The position numbers were made by a program, and so were the translations under genes. Below the pieces are notes generated by a model. That model searched no databases. It was not told the origin of the DNA and saw only the letters and a list, made by a program, of their open reading frames with translations. From NCBI GenBank assembly GCA_963834315.1, contig CAWIAY010000002.1, positions 4,730-68,729 of the forward strand: DNA of 64,000 nt, given 5' to 3'. Positions within the stretch are counted from its first letter, which is position 1; the number at the start of each line of letters is the position of its first letter. The stretch comes from an uncultured Actinomycetota bacterium. Lineage in GTDB: Bacteria > Actinomycetota > Actinomycetes > Propionibacteriales > Nocardioidaceae. Of the stretch, positions 50,099 through 59,613 are shown one piece after another.

Positions 50099-50121
50099 CG
50101 CCCATGTCGTGCCTCGCGCGC

Positions 50122-51096
50122 TCAGGCGTCGATCAGTCCCTCGTCGACGAGGTACTGCCGAGCGACGTCGGCCGGGAGCTCCCGCTCGAGGTCGACCTTG
50201 CCGATCAGCTCGGTCAGGTCCTCTGTGGTGAGACCGGCCGACATCTCGTTGAGCACGTCGGCGATGTCGCCGTGCTCGGCGAGGTAGTCGCTGTTGACCA
50301 TCGGCACCAGGTTCTCCGCGTTCTGGAGCTCCTTGTCGTCCTCCAGGATGACCAGGCCCAGCGTCTCCAGCGTGGCATCGGTGGTGCCCACCTGACCGAG
50401 GACGACCTCGCCCTTCTTGAGCGCGTCCTTGGTGGCCTCGGTGCCGAAGCCGAGCGGCTCGACCTTGGTGATGTCGAGACCGTAGGTCTCCTCGAGCCCG
50501 ACCTTGCACTCGTCCCGCTCGGGGCAGTCCTCTGCGGCAGCGAGCGTGACCGGCTCACCCAGCCCGGCGAGGTCGCTGAGCGTGGTCAGGGAGTTCTCGT
50601 CTGCGAACTCCTGGGTCACCGCGAAGGCGTTGGCGTCCTGGGCCTCGGCGGGCTCGAGCGGCTCGATCCCGGTCGGCTCGGCCAGCGCGCGGAGCTCCTC
50701 GACGGTGGCGTCGGCGTCGTTGGAGGCGACCGGGTCGGCGTCGGGACCATTCGCCTCGGCGTTGAGGTACTCGGTCATCGAGGAGAGGTAGTCGGCCGAG
50801 ACGTCGACGTTGCCCTTCTGCATCTCGGGCGCGTAGACCGCGCGGCTCTCGACCAGCTTGAGGGTCGCGTCGTAGCCGGCGTCCTCGAGGAGCGCCTTGT
50901 AGATCTCGCTCATGATCTGCATCTCGGTGTAGTTCTGACCACCGATCACGACCTTTCCGCCGGCGCTGTCTCCGGAGTCGCCGGAGTCGCCGGAGTCGCC
51001 GCTGAGGGCGTCCTCCCCGGCGCAGGCACTGACGACCAGGAGTGGTGCGACGGCCGCCACCGCGACGAACCGTCGGAACAGGGGTGTCTTGGGCAT
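50122..51096 (-). CDS. Glycine betaine/choline ABC transporter substrate-binding lipoprotein
   Basis: Lipobox LVVSAC, GGQNYTEMQIMSEIY, QDANAFAV, LEDDK..ENLVP. Confidence 0.88.
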   Translation of the reverse strand: MPKTPLFRRFVAVAAVAPLLVVSACAGEDALSGDSGDSGDSGDSAGGKVVIGGQNYTEMQIMSEIYKALLEDAGYDATLKLVESRAVYAPEMQKGNVDVSADYLSSMTEYLNAEANGPDADPVASNDADATVEELRALAEPTGIEPLEPAEAQDANAFAVTQEFADENSLTTLSDLAGLGEPVTLAAAEDCPERDECKVGLEETYGLDITKVEPLGFGTEATKDALKKGEVVLGQVGTTDATLETLGLVILEDDKELQNAENLVPMVNSDYLAEHGDIADVLNEMSAGLTTEDLTELIGKVDLERELPADVARQYLVDEGLIDA

Positions 51097-51197
51097 CTCG
51101 CTCCGCCTTCTGTGTCCCGCGACGCGTGTCGCCGCGCGTGTCCGGCGGGCGCCATGTGCTCGAGCACCCGCTCGTCATCAAGCCTACGTGGGCCCTC

Positions 51198-51935
51198 CTA
51201 CAGCGGCGCCGCGGGCTCCGAGGCGGTCTGGGAACGGATCGGACGCGCCGCCCGGCGGGCCCGGGCGACCGGGTCCACGACCGCCTGGAGCAGCACCAGG
51301 CCGACCTCGAGCAGCAGAGCCACCACGGCGATCACGAGAGCCCCGCCGACGATCTGGGCGATGTCTTGTCGGACGAAGCCGAGCGTCACGATGCGCCCCA
51401 GGCCGGGGCCGGCCACCAACGCGGCGATCGATGCCGTGGCCCACACCTGCACGACGGCGAGCCGGAGTCCGCTCATGATCAGCGGGAGCGCCAGCGGGAG
51501 CTCGACCTGTCGCAGCAGCTGTCCTCCCGCCATGCCCATGCCGCGGGCGGCCTCGACGGTGTCGCGGTCGACCTCGCGCATCCCCACATAGGTGTTCGTG
51601 ACGATCGGGGGTAGCGCGAAGAGCACGAGGGCCACCAGGGTCGCCGCACCGGCGCGACCGTAGGGACCGAAGTACGACGAGCCGATCGGGCCGAGCGCGA
51701 GCAGCAGCAGCACCGCGAAGGTGGGCACGGCCCGCCCCACGTTGGTGATGTTGACCGCGAGCAGCCCGCCCTTGCCGAGGTGGCCGAGCCAGATCGCGAT
51801 CGGCAGCGCGATGGCCGCGGCCACGAGCGTGGCGGTGAGGGTGAGCAGGGTGTGCTCGAGGAGCCGGTTGAGGATGCCGCCCTCCCCCGCCCAGGTGGCC
51901 GGGTCCGAGTACCACTCCCACAACGCGCCGATCAT
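51198..51935 (-). CDS. Osmoprotectant ABC transporter permease
   Basis: RLLEHTLL, GRAVPTFA, LFALPPIV.NTYVG, EAARGMGM EAA loop, GPGLG. Confidence 0.9.
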   Translation of the reverse strand: MIGALWEWYSDPATWAGEGGILNRLLEHTLLTLTATLVAAAIALPIAIWLGHLGKGGLLAVNITNVGRAVPTFAVLLLLALGPIGSSYFGPYGRAGAATLVALVLFALPPIVTNTYVGMREVDRDTVEAARGMGMAGGQLLRQVELPLALPLIMSGLRLAVVQVWATASIAALVAGPGLGRIVTLGFVRQDIAQIVGGALVIAVVALLLEVGLVLLQAVVDPVARARRAARPIRSQTASEPAAPL

Positions 51936-52639
51936 GCGGGGACCTTCGTGCCCCGGCGGGGACGGCGGGTCCACGGCGTCAGCATCCGCTGGAGGCCTAC
52001 GAGCAGCACGTCGAAGAGGATCGCCAGCACCACGCACAGCACCCCCGCGGTGAGCACCTGGGCCTTGAACTGGCTGTCGACCGCGGTCAGCAGCAGGTTC
52101 CCCAGGCCGCCGTACCCCACGATCGAGCCCACGGTGGTCAGCGCGACGGTGGAGACGGCAGCCACCCGTAGACCGGCGATGACGGTGGGGAGGGCGAGCG
52201 GGAGCTCCACGCCGAGCAGCAGGCGCGTGCGGCTGTAGCCCATCCCGATCGCGGACTCCCGGACGTCCCCGGGGACACCCTTGAGCCCCTCGATGATGTT
52301 GCGGACCAAGATGGTGAGGGAGTAGAGCGCCAGGCCGAGCACGACGGTCGCAGGGGACAGCCCGGTGAAGGGCAGCAGCAGCGCGAAGAGCGCCAGTGAG
52401 GGGATCGTGTAGACAGCGGTCGTGGCGCCCACCACGATTCCTTCGATCCTTCGGTAGCGTCGAGCCAGCAGGGCGAGCGGGAACGCGAGCGCCAGACCGA
52501 GCAGGACGGACACCACCGTGATCCAGATGTGCTCGACGAGCGCCTCGGTGATGATGTCGGCGCGGGTGCGGAAGTACTCACCACACACCCACTCGTTGTT
52601 GACCAGACAGCTCGGCGCCGTCGACGACAGGGGAACCAC
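51932..52639 (-). CDS. Osmoprotectant ABC transporter permease
   Basis: ALVEHIWI, YTIPSLAL, ESAIGMGY EAA loop, GYGGLG. The start codon is uncertain. Confidence 0.88.
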   Translation of the reverse strand: MVPLSSTAPSCLVNNEWVCGEYFRTRADIITEALVEHIWITVVSVLLGLALAFPLALLARRYRRIEGIVVGATTAVYTIPSLALFALLLPFTGLSPATVVLGLALYSLTILVRNIIEGLKGVPGDVRESAIGMGYSRTRLLLGVELPLALPTVIAGLRVAAVSTVALTTVGSIVGYGGLGNLLLTAVDSQFKAQVLTAGVLCVVLAILFDVLLVGLQRMLTPWTRRPRRGTKVPA

Positions 52640-53647
52640 GTGACCGACCGTAGTCCACAGCCTGCCGCCGACGACGCCACCGAGCCGATGATCCGGCTCG
52701 TCGGTGTCGGGAAGACCTTCGACGACGGCACCGTGGCGGTCCAGGCGCTCGACCTCGACGTACCCCGCGGCCGCACGGTCTGCCTGGTGGGACCGTCGGG
52801 GTGTGGCAAGTCGACGACCCTGAAGATGGTCAACCGGCTGATCGAGCCGACGTCCGGCCGAATCCTGATGGACGGCGAGGACATCACCGATGCCGACCCG
52901 GTCACGCTGCGCCGTCGCATCGGCTACGTGATCCAGCAGGTGGGGCTCTTCCCGCATCAGAGCATCCGCACCAACGTCGCCACTGTCCCCTCCCTCCTCG
53001 GCTGGGACAAGAAGAAGTCGGCGACGCGGGCCGACGAGCTGCTCGACCTCGTCGGGCTCGACCCGGCGCAGTACGGCTCACGCTTCCCGCACCAGCTCTC
53101 CGGTGGCCAGCGTCAGCGGGTGGGCGTCGCCCGCGCCCTCGCCGCCGACCCGCCGGTGCTGTTGATGGACGAGCCGTTCGGCGCCGTCGACCCGATCGTG
53201 CGCACGCGGTTGCAGGACGAGTTCGCCCGGATCGCCCGCGACCTGGACAAGACGGTCCTGTTCGTCACCCACGACATCGACGAGGCGATCAGGATGGGGG
53301 ACAAGGTCGCCGTGTTCGCCGCCGGCGGACGGCTGGCGCAGTACGACGAGCCGGCCGTGCTCCTCGGCAGTCCCGCCGACGACTTCGTGGCACAGTTCGT
53401 GGGCGCCTCACGAGGCCTGCGGAGACTCTCGGTCACCCCGATCAGCGAGACCGACCTCCAACCACGCACGGGCGACGCGCCGATCGAGTCGGTGCCGCTC
53501 ACCAGCACGCTCGAGGATGCCCTGGCCACGATGCTGCGTCAGGACGACGCCCGGGTCTCGGTGACGAGCAACGGCGCGATCCTGGGCGTGCTCACCCCCG
53601 ATGCGGTCCACCAGGCGCTGCGCAGGTCGATCAACCAGGAGACCTGA
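52640..53647 (+). CDS. Osmoprotectant ABC transporter ATP-binding protein
   Basis: GPSGCGKS, YVIQQVGLFPH, LSGGQRQRVG, LLMDEPFGAVDP, VTHDIDEA. Start is GTG 52640 or ATG 52688. Confidence 0.92.
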   Translation: MTDRSPQPAADDATEPMIRLVGVGKTFDDGTVAVQALDLDVPRGRTVCLVGPSGCGKSTTLKMVNRLIEPTSGRILMDGEDITDADPVTLRRRIGYVIQQVGLFPHQSIRTNVATVPSLLGWDKKKSATRADELLDLVGLDPAQYGSRFPHQLSGGQRQRVGVARALAADPPVLLMDEPFGAVDPIVRTRLQDEFARIARDLDKTVLFVTHDIDEAIRMGDKVAVFAAGGRLAQYDEPAVLLGSPADDFVAQFVGASRGLRRLSVTPISETDLQPRTGDAPIESVPLTSTLEDALATMLRQDDARVSVTSNGAILGVLTPDAVHQALRRSINQET

Positions 53648-53656
53648 GCGCCGGCC

Positions 53657-54706
53657 CTACAACACCGGGACGTCCTTGTGCCAGGACTGGGTGACGTACT
53701 TCGTCGCCCACCCCATCGAGGTGTAGAGCCCGTCCGCGCCGGTCGGCGAGTCCGCGTCGACCTCGAGACCCACGCGGTCGCGTCCACAGGATGCCGCGTC
53801 GGCGATGATCGTGGCGAGGAGGGACTTCGCGACACCGCGGCCGCGAGCGTTGGCCAGCACGCCGATGTACTCCACGTAGCTCCCGTCCGGCTGCTCGCCG
53901 TCCCCTTCATGGACGGCGCCGACCAGGGCCCCGGCGGGCTCGGTCGCACCCGTCTCCGGGTCCACGAGCTCGGCGATCCACCAGTGGTCCCAGCGGTGTC
54001 CCGGGTCCTCACGGAGGCGGAAGACGAACTCGTCGAAGGTCTCCTCGTGGGAGTTGAAGTGATCCGCGAACGCGCTCTCGAGGACGTCGTGCACGATCCT
54101 GAGGTCGTCCTCGGCGGGCATCCCGGCCCCCTCGCGCTCGACGAGTCGGATCCGGACGCCCTCCCCGGGCTCGTTGTCCAGGTCGACCTCGTCGGCGGTG
54201 ACCGGCCGGGTCATCTGCCACCAGGTGCGCACCAAGGCGTAGCCGGCACTCTCCAGCCACCTGTGCTGGCGCGTGTCGTCGGCAAAGGCTCCCGAGTCGA
54301 TCTGCTGCACGTCGAGCGACCGCTCGGCCCCGACCCGCTCGGCCGCCGAGTCCGCCCAGTCGAACAGCAGCGCGGCGACCTCGTCGGCGACGTCGTCGGG
54401 GAGCCTGGGGTCCACGATGACGACCAGCAGCATCCTTCCGGCGGCACGGTCGTGGGCACTCGCCCAGCCGCGCAGGTCCCCCGGGGGGTCCCGCAGGATG
54501 ACGTTCTCCCGGGTGATGTAGCCGCGTGCCGAGACCTCGATGAGGACGTCGTCCTCCCCCGACCCGGCCCAGCCGCGAGCATGCTCCTCGTGACGGCGCA
54601 ACAGCTCGGCCAGCTCGGGGGCGTCCCCGGCGTCGGGGGCCGAGACCGTCCAGCCCTCCGGCAGGGCGGCGATGATCCTATCGGGCAGCGGGTGGTCGGA
54701 AGTCAC
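53657..54706 (-). CDS. Tandem GNAT acetyltransferase
   Basis: YVEYIGVLANARGRGVAKSLL acetyl-CoA motif, LEVDADSPTGA..LY; N-terminal degenerate GNAT domain. Confidence 0.85.
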   Translation of the reverse strand: MTSDHPLPDRIIAALPEGWTVSAPDAGDAPELAELLRRHEEHARGWAGSGEDDVLIEVSARGYITRENVILRDPPGDLRGWASAHDRAAGRMLLVVIVDPRLPDDVADEVAALLFDWADSAAERVGAERSLDVQQIDSGAFADDTRQHRWLESAGYALVRTWWQMTRPVTADEVDLDNEPGEGVRIRLVEREGAGMPAEDDLRIVHDVLESAFADHFNSHEETFDEFVFRLREDPGHRWDHWWIAELVDPETGATEPAGALVGAVHEGDGEQPDGSYVEYIGVLANARGRGVAKSLLATIIADAASCGRDRVGLEVDADSPTGADGLYTSMGWATKYVTQSWHKDVPVL

Positions 54707-54718
54707 CGAGACAGTGTC

Positions 54719-55378
54719 TCAGGCTTCCTTCCTGACCTCCGGAGGCAGGGCGGCCGCAGTGATCGCGCCGACCTTCTCCTCCCAGGCCATCAGGTCGACC
54801 ACGGTCTCGAAACCGTCCCAGGTGGCGAGCCCGTCGTGGTCGGAGTCGGGCGACTCGTCCTCGGCCTGGTCGGCCTGGAGCGCCTCCAGCTCGTGCATGC
54901 GCTCCTCTAGCTCGGCGACCTTCTCGTCGGCCTCCGCAGCCCTGCGGGCCTCGCGCTGGACGCGGGTCTCCGCCTCCGCAGCGCGACGCTGCGCCTCGAC
55001 GATGCTGACCTGCAGGTCGGCGACCTCGGCGTCGGTGTGCCTCATCCGGTCGGTCATGGCGGTCGTGAACTCGGCGTGCTCCGAGGCCCGCTCGGCGAAC
55101 AGTGACTTGTACGCCTGGGCCTGGGCGGCCCGGTCCGTTGCGTTGTCACGGCGCGACTGGGCGAGCTCGGTGTAGACGATGCGCGCCGCGGCCCAGCCGC
55201 AGGCGAGCGCGAGGACGGAGGAGAAGGTCAACCAGACCGGGGACTGCGTGGGCACGGCGAGGAGGACGCCGACGGTCGCCGCAGCGAGCAGGGCGACGGC
55301 CACGCTGACGCGGACGCTGCGCTGACGACGGCGAGAGGGGCGGCCCGAGGGTACGTCTTGGGGGGAAGATGTGGCCAT
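54719..55378 (-). CDS. Hypothetical membrane-anchored coiled-coil protein
   Basis: Two N-terminal TMs then a long heptad-rich helix; leaderless TAGGCT-N6-ATG. Confidence 0.65.
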   Translation of the reverse strand: MATSSPQDVPSGRPSRRRQRSVRVSVAVALLAAATVGVLLAVPTQSPVWLTFSSVLALACGWAAARIVYTELAQSRRDNATDRAAQAQAYKSLFAERASEHAEFTTAMTDRMRHTDAEVADLQVSIVEAQRRAAEAETRVQREARRAAEADEKVAELEERMHELEALQADQAEDESPDSDHDGLATWDGFETVVDLMAWEEKVGAITAAALPPEVRKEA

Positions 55379-55394
55379 GCGACCAGCCTAGGAC

Positions 55395-55901
55395 TCAGGG
55401 GTCGTCGCGACGGACCCGACACGCTCGTTCGAGGAGCAGCGATCCGATGACGACCGCCACTCCGGCCACCCCCGCGAGCCCGGCGCGCAGGACCCGCTCG
55501 CCGGCCAGCTCGGGCGCCTCGAGGCCGAGCCAGCTGAGGGCATAGCCGAGGTAGCCTCCCGCGGCGGCGGCACCGGAGATCGCGCACGCCTTGGCCAGCA
55601 CGAGGCGGTTGACCGCCTGGTGAGGCTCGATGGAGCCACGATGCAGGTGCACCGTCCGGTGCGTCGACCAGGCCACTGCGACCAGGATCAGCGCGACCAG
55701 TGCCAACGCGAGGGGCTGCAGCCAGGCCACCCGTGGCGCCGACCCCAGCCAGGCGATGCCGGCCGGACGGGTTGCCCAGCCGAGGACGAGCCCGACGAGA
55801 CCCACGACGACGAGCACGCCGGGTGGCGTCGTACCGACCCGACCTGCGGGGTCCGGCAGCTCGGGATCCGGTTCCAGCTCGGGGTCAGGAAGCCTGCTCA
55901 C
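55395..55901 (-). CDS. DUF3180 membrane protein
   Basis: AVNRLVLAKA..GA...GGY, LLLERACRV; directly after folK. Confidence 0.85.
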   Translation of the reverse strand: MSRLPDPELEPDPELPDPAGRVGTTPPGVLVVVGLVGLVLGWATRPAGIAWLGSAPRVAWLQPLALALVALILVAVAWSTHRTVHLHRGSIEPHQAVNRLVLAKACAISGAAAAGGYLGYALSWLGLEAPELAGERVLRAGLAGVAGVAVVIGSLLLERACRVRRDDP

Positions 55902-56464
55902 TGCAGGTCGAGCGTCAGGTCGTCTCGTCGGGTGATGCCGTCGGTGGACGCCTTGGCCAGCAGCTCGGCGACAGGCCCCTGGTCGAGAAGCTCGGCGTCG
56001 GCCTCGACGTCGTTCCAGGGCGCGAGCACGAAGGAACGCTCGTGGGCCTTCGGGTGCGGGAGCACCAGGTCGTCGTCGCTGGCGCGCCGATCACCCACCA
56101 CGATCAGGTCGACGTCGAGGGTGCGTGGGGCACCGCGCTCCCCGCGCTCGCGGCCGAAGGCATCCTCGATGGCGAGGGCGCGATCGAGCAGCGTGCGGGC
56201 CGACAGCGTGGTGTCGGCCAGGACGACGGCGTTCAGGAAGTCCTTGGAGCCGTCGGGGGCGTCGACGGGCTCGGACTCGTAGACCGGGGACACCGCGGTG
56301 AGCCAGACCTCCGGAGTGTCGGCCAGTGAGGACACCGCACCCTGCAGGTAGTTGATCCGGTCACCGAGGTTGGACCCGATCGCCAGCACGCACCGACGGA
56401 TCGGGTGCATCTCTCCGGTCAGGGTGTCGGTGTCGACGATGTGCGGGTTGGGGGTCTCAGTCAC
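55898..56464 (-). CDS. folK: 2-amino-4-hydroxy-6-hydroxymethyldihydropteridine diphosphokinase
   Basis: LAIGSNLGDR, SPVYESEP, FLNAV, PRTLDVDL, LPHPKAHERSFVL.P. Confidence 0.95.
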   Translation of the reverse strand: MTETPNPHIVDTDTLTGEMHPIRRCVLAIGSNLGDRINYLQGAVSSLADTPEVWLTAVSPVYESEPVDAPDGSKDFLNAVVLADTTLSARTLLDRALAIEDAFGRERGERGAPRTLDVDLIVVGDRRASDDDLVLPHPKAHERSFVLAPWNDVEADAELLDQGPVAELLAKASTDGITRRDDLTLDLQ

Positions 56465-56850
56465 GGTCGGCTCCGATGGATCGTGAGGGCGACGTCCGAG
56501 AACGTCGCTTCGATGGGCGCGTCGGGCTTGTGCACGGTGACCTCCACCCAGCTGACCCGGGAGTCGGCGAGGCAGACGTCGGCGATGCGCTGGGCCAGTG
56601 TCTCGATCAGGTCGACCGGGTCGTTCTCGATGGCCTTCATCACCTGCGCCACGAGGGTCCCGTAGTCGAGAGTGTCCTGCAAGTCGTCGCTGTCGGCGGC
56701 AGTCCTGGTGTCCAGGCCCAGCACCAGGTCGGCGAGGAACCGCTGTCCCTCGCGTCGCTCGAAGTCGAGAACACCGTGGTGGCCCACCGCCTCGATGCCG
56801 ACGACGGCGAGCCGGTCGGCGAGTTCGGGGGTGGACAGGGCGTCAGTCAT
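56461..56850 (-). CDS. folB: Dihydroneopterin aldolase
   Basis: GHHGVLDFERREGQRF, DDLQDTLDYG, LIETLA, VTVHKP.API. Confidence 0.95.
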   Translation of the reverse strand: MTDALSTPELADRLAVVGIEAVGHHGVLDFERREGQRFLADLVLGLDTRTAADSDDLQDTLDYGTLVAQVMKAIENDPVDLIETLAQRIADVCLADSRVSWVEVTVHKPDAPIEATFSDVALTIHRSRP

Positions 56851-57283
56851 GGTCTGGCCCCGAGAGTACCGGGGACGCGTGATGGATCCACAACCGCCAA
56901 CCGGCCTCCGTGCGGAGGAACACATTGGTCGCCACGGCGCGGACGCCGCCGAATCCCTCCGGCCCGGCGCGCTCATCGGCGGTGAGCACGTTCTCGGTGC
57001 AGGTGACCGAGGCCACATCGGCGACCACGCTCACCTCGACGTCGGTGAGGAAGAACTGGATGTAGGGCGTGTTCGCCATGATCAGGGCCCACGAGCGGCT
57101 GATGGCGGGGGTCCCGCGGACCGGCAGCGCCCCAGGATGGACGCACAACGCCTCCTCGTCCTCGAACCACAGCTCCCGCATCAGATCCAGGTCAGCGGTC
57201 TCGAACGCCTCGTAGAAGGCCGCATTGACGCGCTCGACGGCCGCTCGGTCCTCAGCACGGTCATGCGGGGCTCGCTCAGACAT
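56843..57283 (-). CDS. NTF2/SnoaL-like protein
   Basis: VNAAFYEAFETADL, CVHPG, G...ISRSW, ATNVF....GWRLWIHHASP. Confidence 0.85.
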   Translation of the reverse strand: MSERAPHDRAEDRAAVERVNAAFYEAFETADLDLMRELWFEDEEALCVHPGALPVRGTPAISRSWALIMANTPYIQFFLTDVEVSVVADVASVTCTENVLTADERAGPEGFGGVRAVATNVFLRTEAGWRLWIHHASPVLSGPDHD

Positions 57284-58154
57284 CGGGGACCGTCCTCCTC
57301 GCGGCCGCCCAGCGAGCCGCGACCCGGACGGCGTCGGCCGTGGCCCGCGCGTCGTGCGCCCGGACGCACCATGCTCCTGCGGCCGCGGCGAGGGCGGTGG
57401 TCGCCACGGTGGCGTCACCGCGTCCGGCGGGGGGCCGCACAGCCTCGACACCCCCCTCGGCGAGGAGATGGCCCAGGAACCGCTTGCGACTCGTCGCGAC
57501 GAGCAGCGGGTGCCCGAGGGCGTGCAGGCCCTCGAGCCCGCCGAGGACCTGCCAGTTCTGGTCGGCGGTCTTGGAGAAGCCGATCCCGGGGTCCAGGGCG
57601 ATCCTCCGCGGAGCGATTCCTGCGGCCACCGCAGCGTCGCGCTGGGCCTGCAGCTCGGCGGCCACCTCGCCGACGACGTCGTCGTAGTCGGTGTGCGCGG
57701 CCATCTGGGCGGAGTGCGACCGCCAGTGCATCAGCACGTAGCCGACATCGAGGCGCGCGACCGTCGCGAACATCTCCGGGTCTGCCCGACCACCCGACAC
57801 GTCGTTGACCAGCACCGCGCCTGCGTCGACGGCCGCCTCGGCGACCTCCGCGCGCATCGTGTCGACGGACACCAGGACCCCGGCTCCGCCGAGCCGACCG
57901 ACCACGGGGAGCACGCGGCGCAGCTCCTCGGCGAGCGGCACCCGCTCGGCCCCCGGCCGGGTGGACTCACCACCCACGTCGACCAGGTCCGCGCCCTCCT
58001 CGGCCAGACTGAGCCCGTGCGCGACTGCCCGGTCGTGGTCGAGGTAGCGGCCTCCGTCGGAGAACGAGTCGGGGGTCACGTTCACGACCCCCATGACCAG
58101 GGTGCGGCCCGGTCGGGGCAGACCCTCGACGGTGTGGGGCGGGGCGGCGTACAC
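57276..58154 (-). CDS. folP: Dihydropteroate synthase
   Basis: MGVVNVTPDSFSDGG, DVGGESTRPGA, SVDTMRA, VNDVSGG, DPGIGFSK, SRKRFLG, VRAHD. Leaderless TAGTCT-N6-GTG. Confidence 0.96.
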   Translation of the reverse strand: MYAAPPHTVEGLPRPGRTLVMGVVNVTPDSFSDGGRYLDHDRAVAHGLSLAEEGADLVDVGGESTRPGAERVPLAEELRRVLPVVGRLGGAGVLVSVDTMRAEVAEAAVDAGAVLVNDVSGGRADPEMFATVARLDVGYVLMHWRSHSAQMAAHTDYDDVVGEVAAELQAQRDAAVAAGIAPRRIALDPGIGFSKTADQNWQVLGGLEGLHALGHPLLVATSRKRFLGHLLAEGGVEAVRPPAGRGDATVATTALAAAAGAWCVRAHDARATADAVRVAARWAAARRTVPDV

Positions 58155-58199
58155 CCGCGCAGACTACCCACCCACCCCGGGAAGTCTGCCCCGCGCACA

Positions 58200-58231
58200 C
58201 GTGTGCCCCCGGCAGGAGCCGGGGGCACACG
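58200..58231 (-). terminator. Strong hairpin terminator between the GH16 pair and folP
   Basis: Perfect 14-bp stem CGTGTGCCCCCGGC-AGGA-GCCGGGGGCACACG. Confidence 0.75.
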
Positions 58232-58270
58232 AGGAGGTTCAGCGAACGGTCAGCGACTGGTCACTGGGTG

Positions 58271-59485
58271 TCACTGGAGGTTCTTGCGGGCCAGCTCGGG
58301 GGTCTGCCACACGCGGACCCAGTCGACCTTCATGACGCCCTTGCCCGACCTCGGCATGTTCTTGAGCTCGTAGTCGGAGGACAGCAGGCTCAGGATCAAG
58401 ATGACCTGCTTGTCCGAGCGTGCCTTCGAGGTGCGGAACGTCTCCTCACCGTCGATCCGGAAGGAGTAGCCGCTGGGGGTCCACTCGACGGAGAACACGT
58501 GGAACTTCTTCCACCAGTTGTCGCTGCCCTTGAGCACGTCGTCGGCGCCCTTCTGCAGGCCACCGATCTTGCGCCCCTTGTAGTGCAGGAACTGGGCGAG
58601 ACCGCCGTCCTTGTAGCCCTTGCCGAAGAACTCGACCGTGTCGATCTCGACGGGGCGGGTGCCCTGGGGCGCGCTACCGCTGGTGTTCATCCAGAACGAG
58701 CCGTGCATGCCCTGGGGCTTCTGGAACTTGACCCTGGCGGCTGCGACCCCGTAGCGGAAGTCGAACTTCAGGTCGGTCCCCACGTGACCGTTGAGGTAGT
58801 AGGGGTACTTGAACTTCTTCGACGTGCCGGGCTTGCGCCACTTGCACGTGTCTCCGCGCCGCGAGCCGTCCTTCTTCACCTTGACGCTCAGCACGCCCTT
58901 GCCGACGCGGGTCATCTTCGGCGAGGCCTTGGAGCACTTGCGCAGCGAGCCCTTGTCGTAGGCGTCCCCGCGGGTCGACCAGACGTCACTGAGGGAAGTG
59001 CCGGCGAACTGGTCGTCGAAGATCATCGTCCAGTCATCGGTGGCGCTGCCGGTGGTGTAGGTCGACAGGCCCTGGAATCGCTTGGCCTTGGCCCGGTAGG
59101 CCCACTCGCCGGTGCCCAGGGGTGAGGCGAGGGAGAAACCGACACGACCGTTGCCGTCGGTCTTCTTGACCGTCCACTTGGTCCAGCCGCCTCCGTTGTG
59201 GCTGCGCTGGATGACGACCTTCCGGCCGGCCTTGGCGGGGGAGAAGATCGCCTCACCCACGGCCTTGGCGCGGTCGGCACTCTTGGCGCCCTTGCTCGAG
59301 GAGTCGACCTTCGGCAGCACCGAGATCCGTCCGCGCTGGGCTTTCTTGCGAGCGGTGCTCGCCTTGGTCAGGGTGGGCATGGCCGCGCCGTCGGAGACCA
59401 TCGCGGCCGTGCCGGGGGCGGTCAGGAGCAGCGGCATCAGGGCGACCGTCACGACGGACGCCGTCAGTGCGCGCAGAGAAGACAT
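58271..59485 (-). CDS. Secreted glycoside hydrolase family 16 protein (Lys-rich)
   Basis: Signal peptide, Ig-like N-domain, WTMIFDDQFAG, FRYGVAAARVKF, SFWM, EIDTVEFFG catalytic ExDxxE, FHVFSVEWTP, VDWVRVWQ. Confidence 0.85.
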   Translation of the reverse strand: MSSLRALTASVVTVALMPLLLTAPGTAAMVSDGAAMPTLTKASTARKKAQRGRISVLPKVDSSSKGAKSADRAKAVGEAIFSPAKAGRKVVIQRSHNGGGWTKWTVKKTDGNGRVGFSLASPLGTGEWAYRAKAKRFQGLSTYTTGSATDDWTMIFDDQFAGTSLSDVWSTRGDAYDKGSLRKCSKASPKMTRVGKGVLSVKVKKDGSRRGDTCKWRKPGTSKKFKYPYYLNGHVGTDLKFDFRYGVAAARVKFQKPQGMHGSFWMNTSGSAPQGTRPVEIDTVEFFGKGYKDGGLAQFLHYKGRKIGGLQKGADDVLKGSDNWWKKFHVFSVEWTPSGYSFRIDGEETFRTSKARSDKQVILILSLLSSDYELKNMPRSGKGVMKVDWVRVWQTPELARKNLQ

Positions 59486-59613
59486 GAAAGGGAACCCCCG
59501 AGGAGTCAGATAGGTGTCAGGGTGCTCGGCAAGGGTAACGGACAGCACCAGGATGTGTCAGATGTTGCGGGTGTTGCGCCTGGGACGTGGCGTCCGGTCC
59601 GCGGAGAGGTCGG

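Noticed and set aside
50972-50998. 9-bp tandem repeat x3 (GDS GDS GDS) in the substrate-binding protein
   Set aside because: It is in frame and forms an ordinary low-complexity lipoprotein linker.
56843-57283. NTF2-like gene between folP and folB as a novel folate enzyme
   Set aside because: As I recall, this arrangement is common in Actinobacteria, and nothing here distinguishes it.
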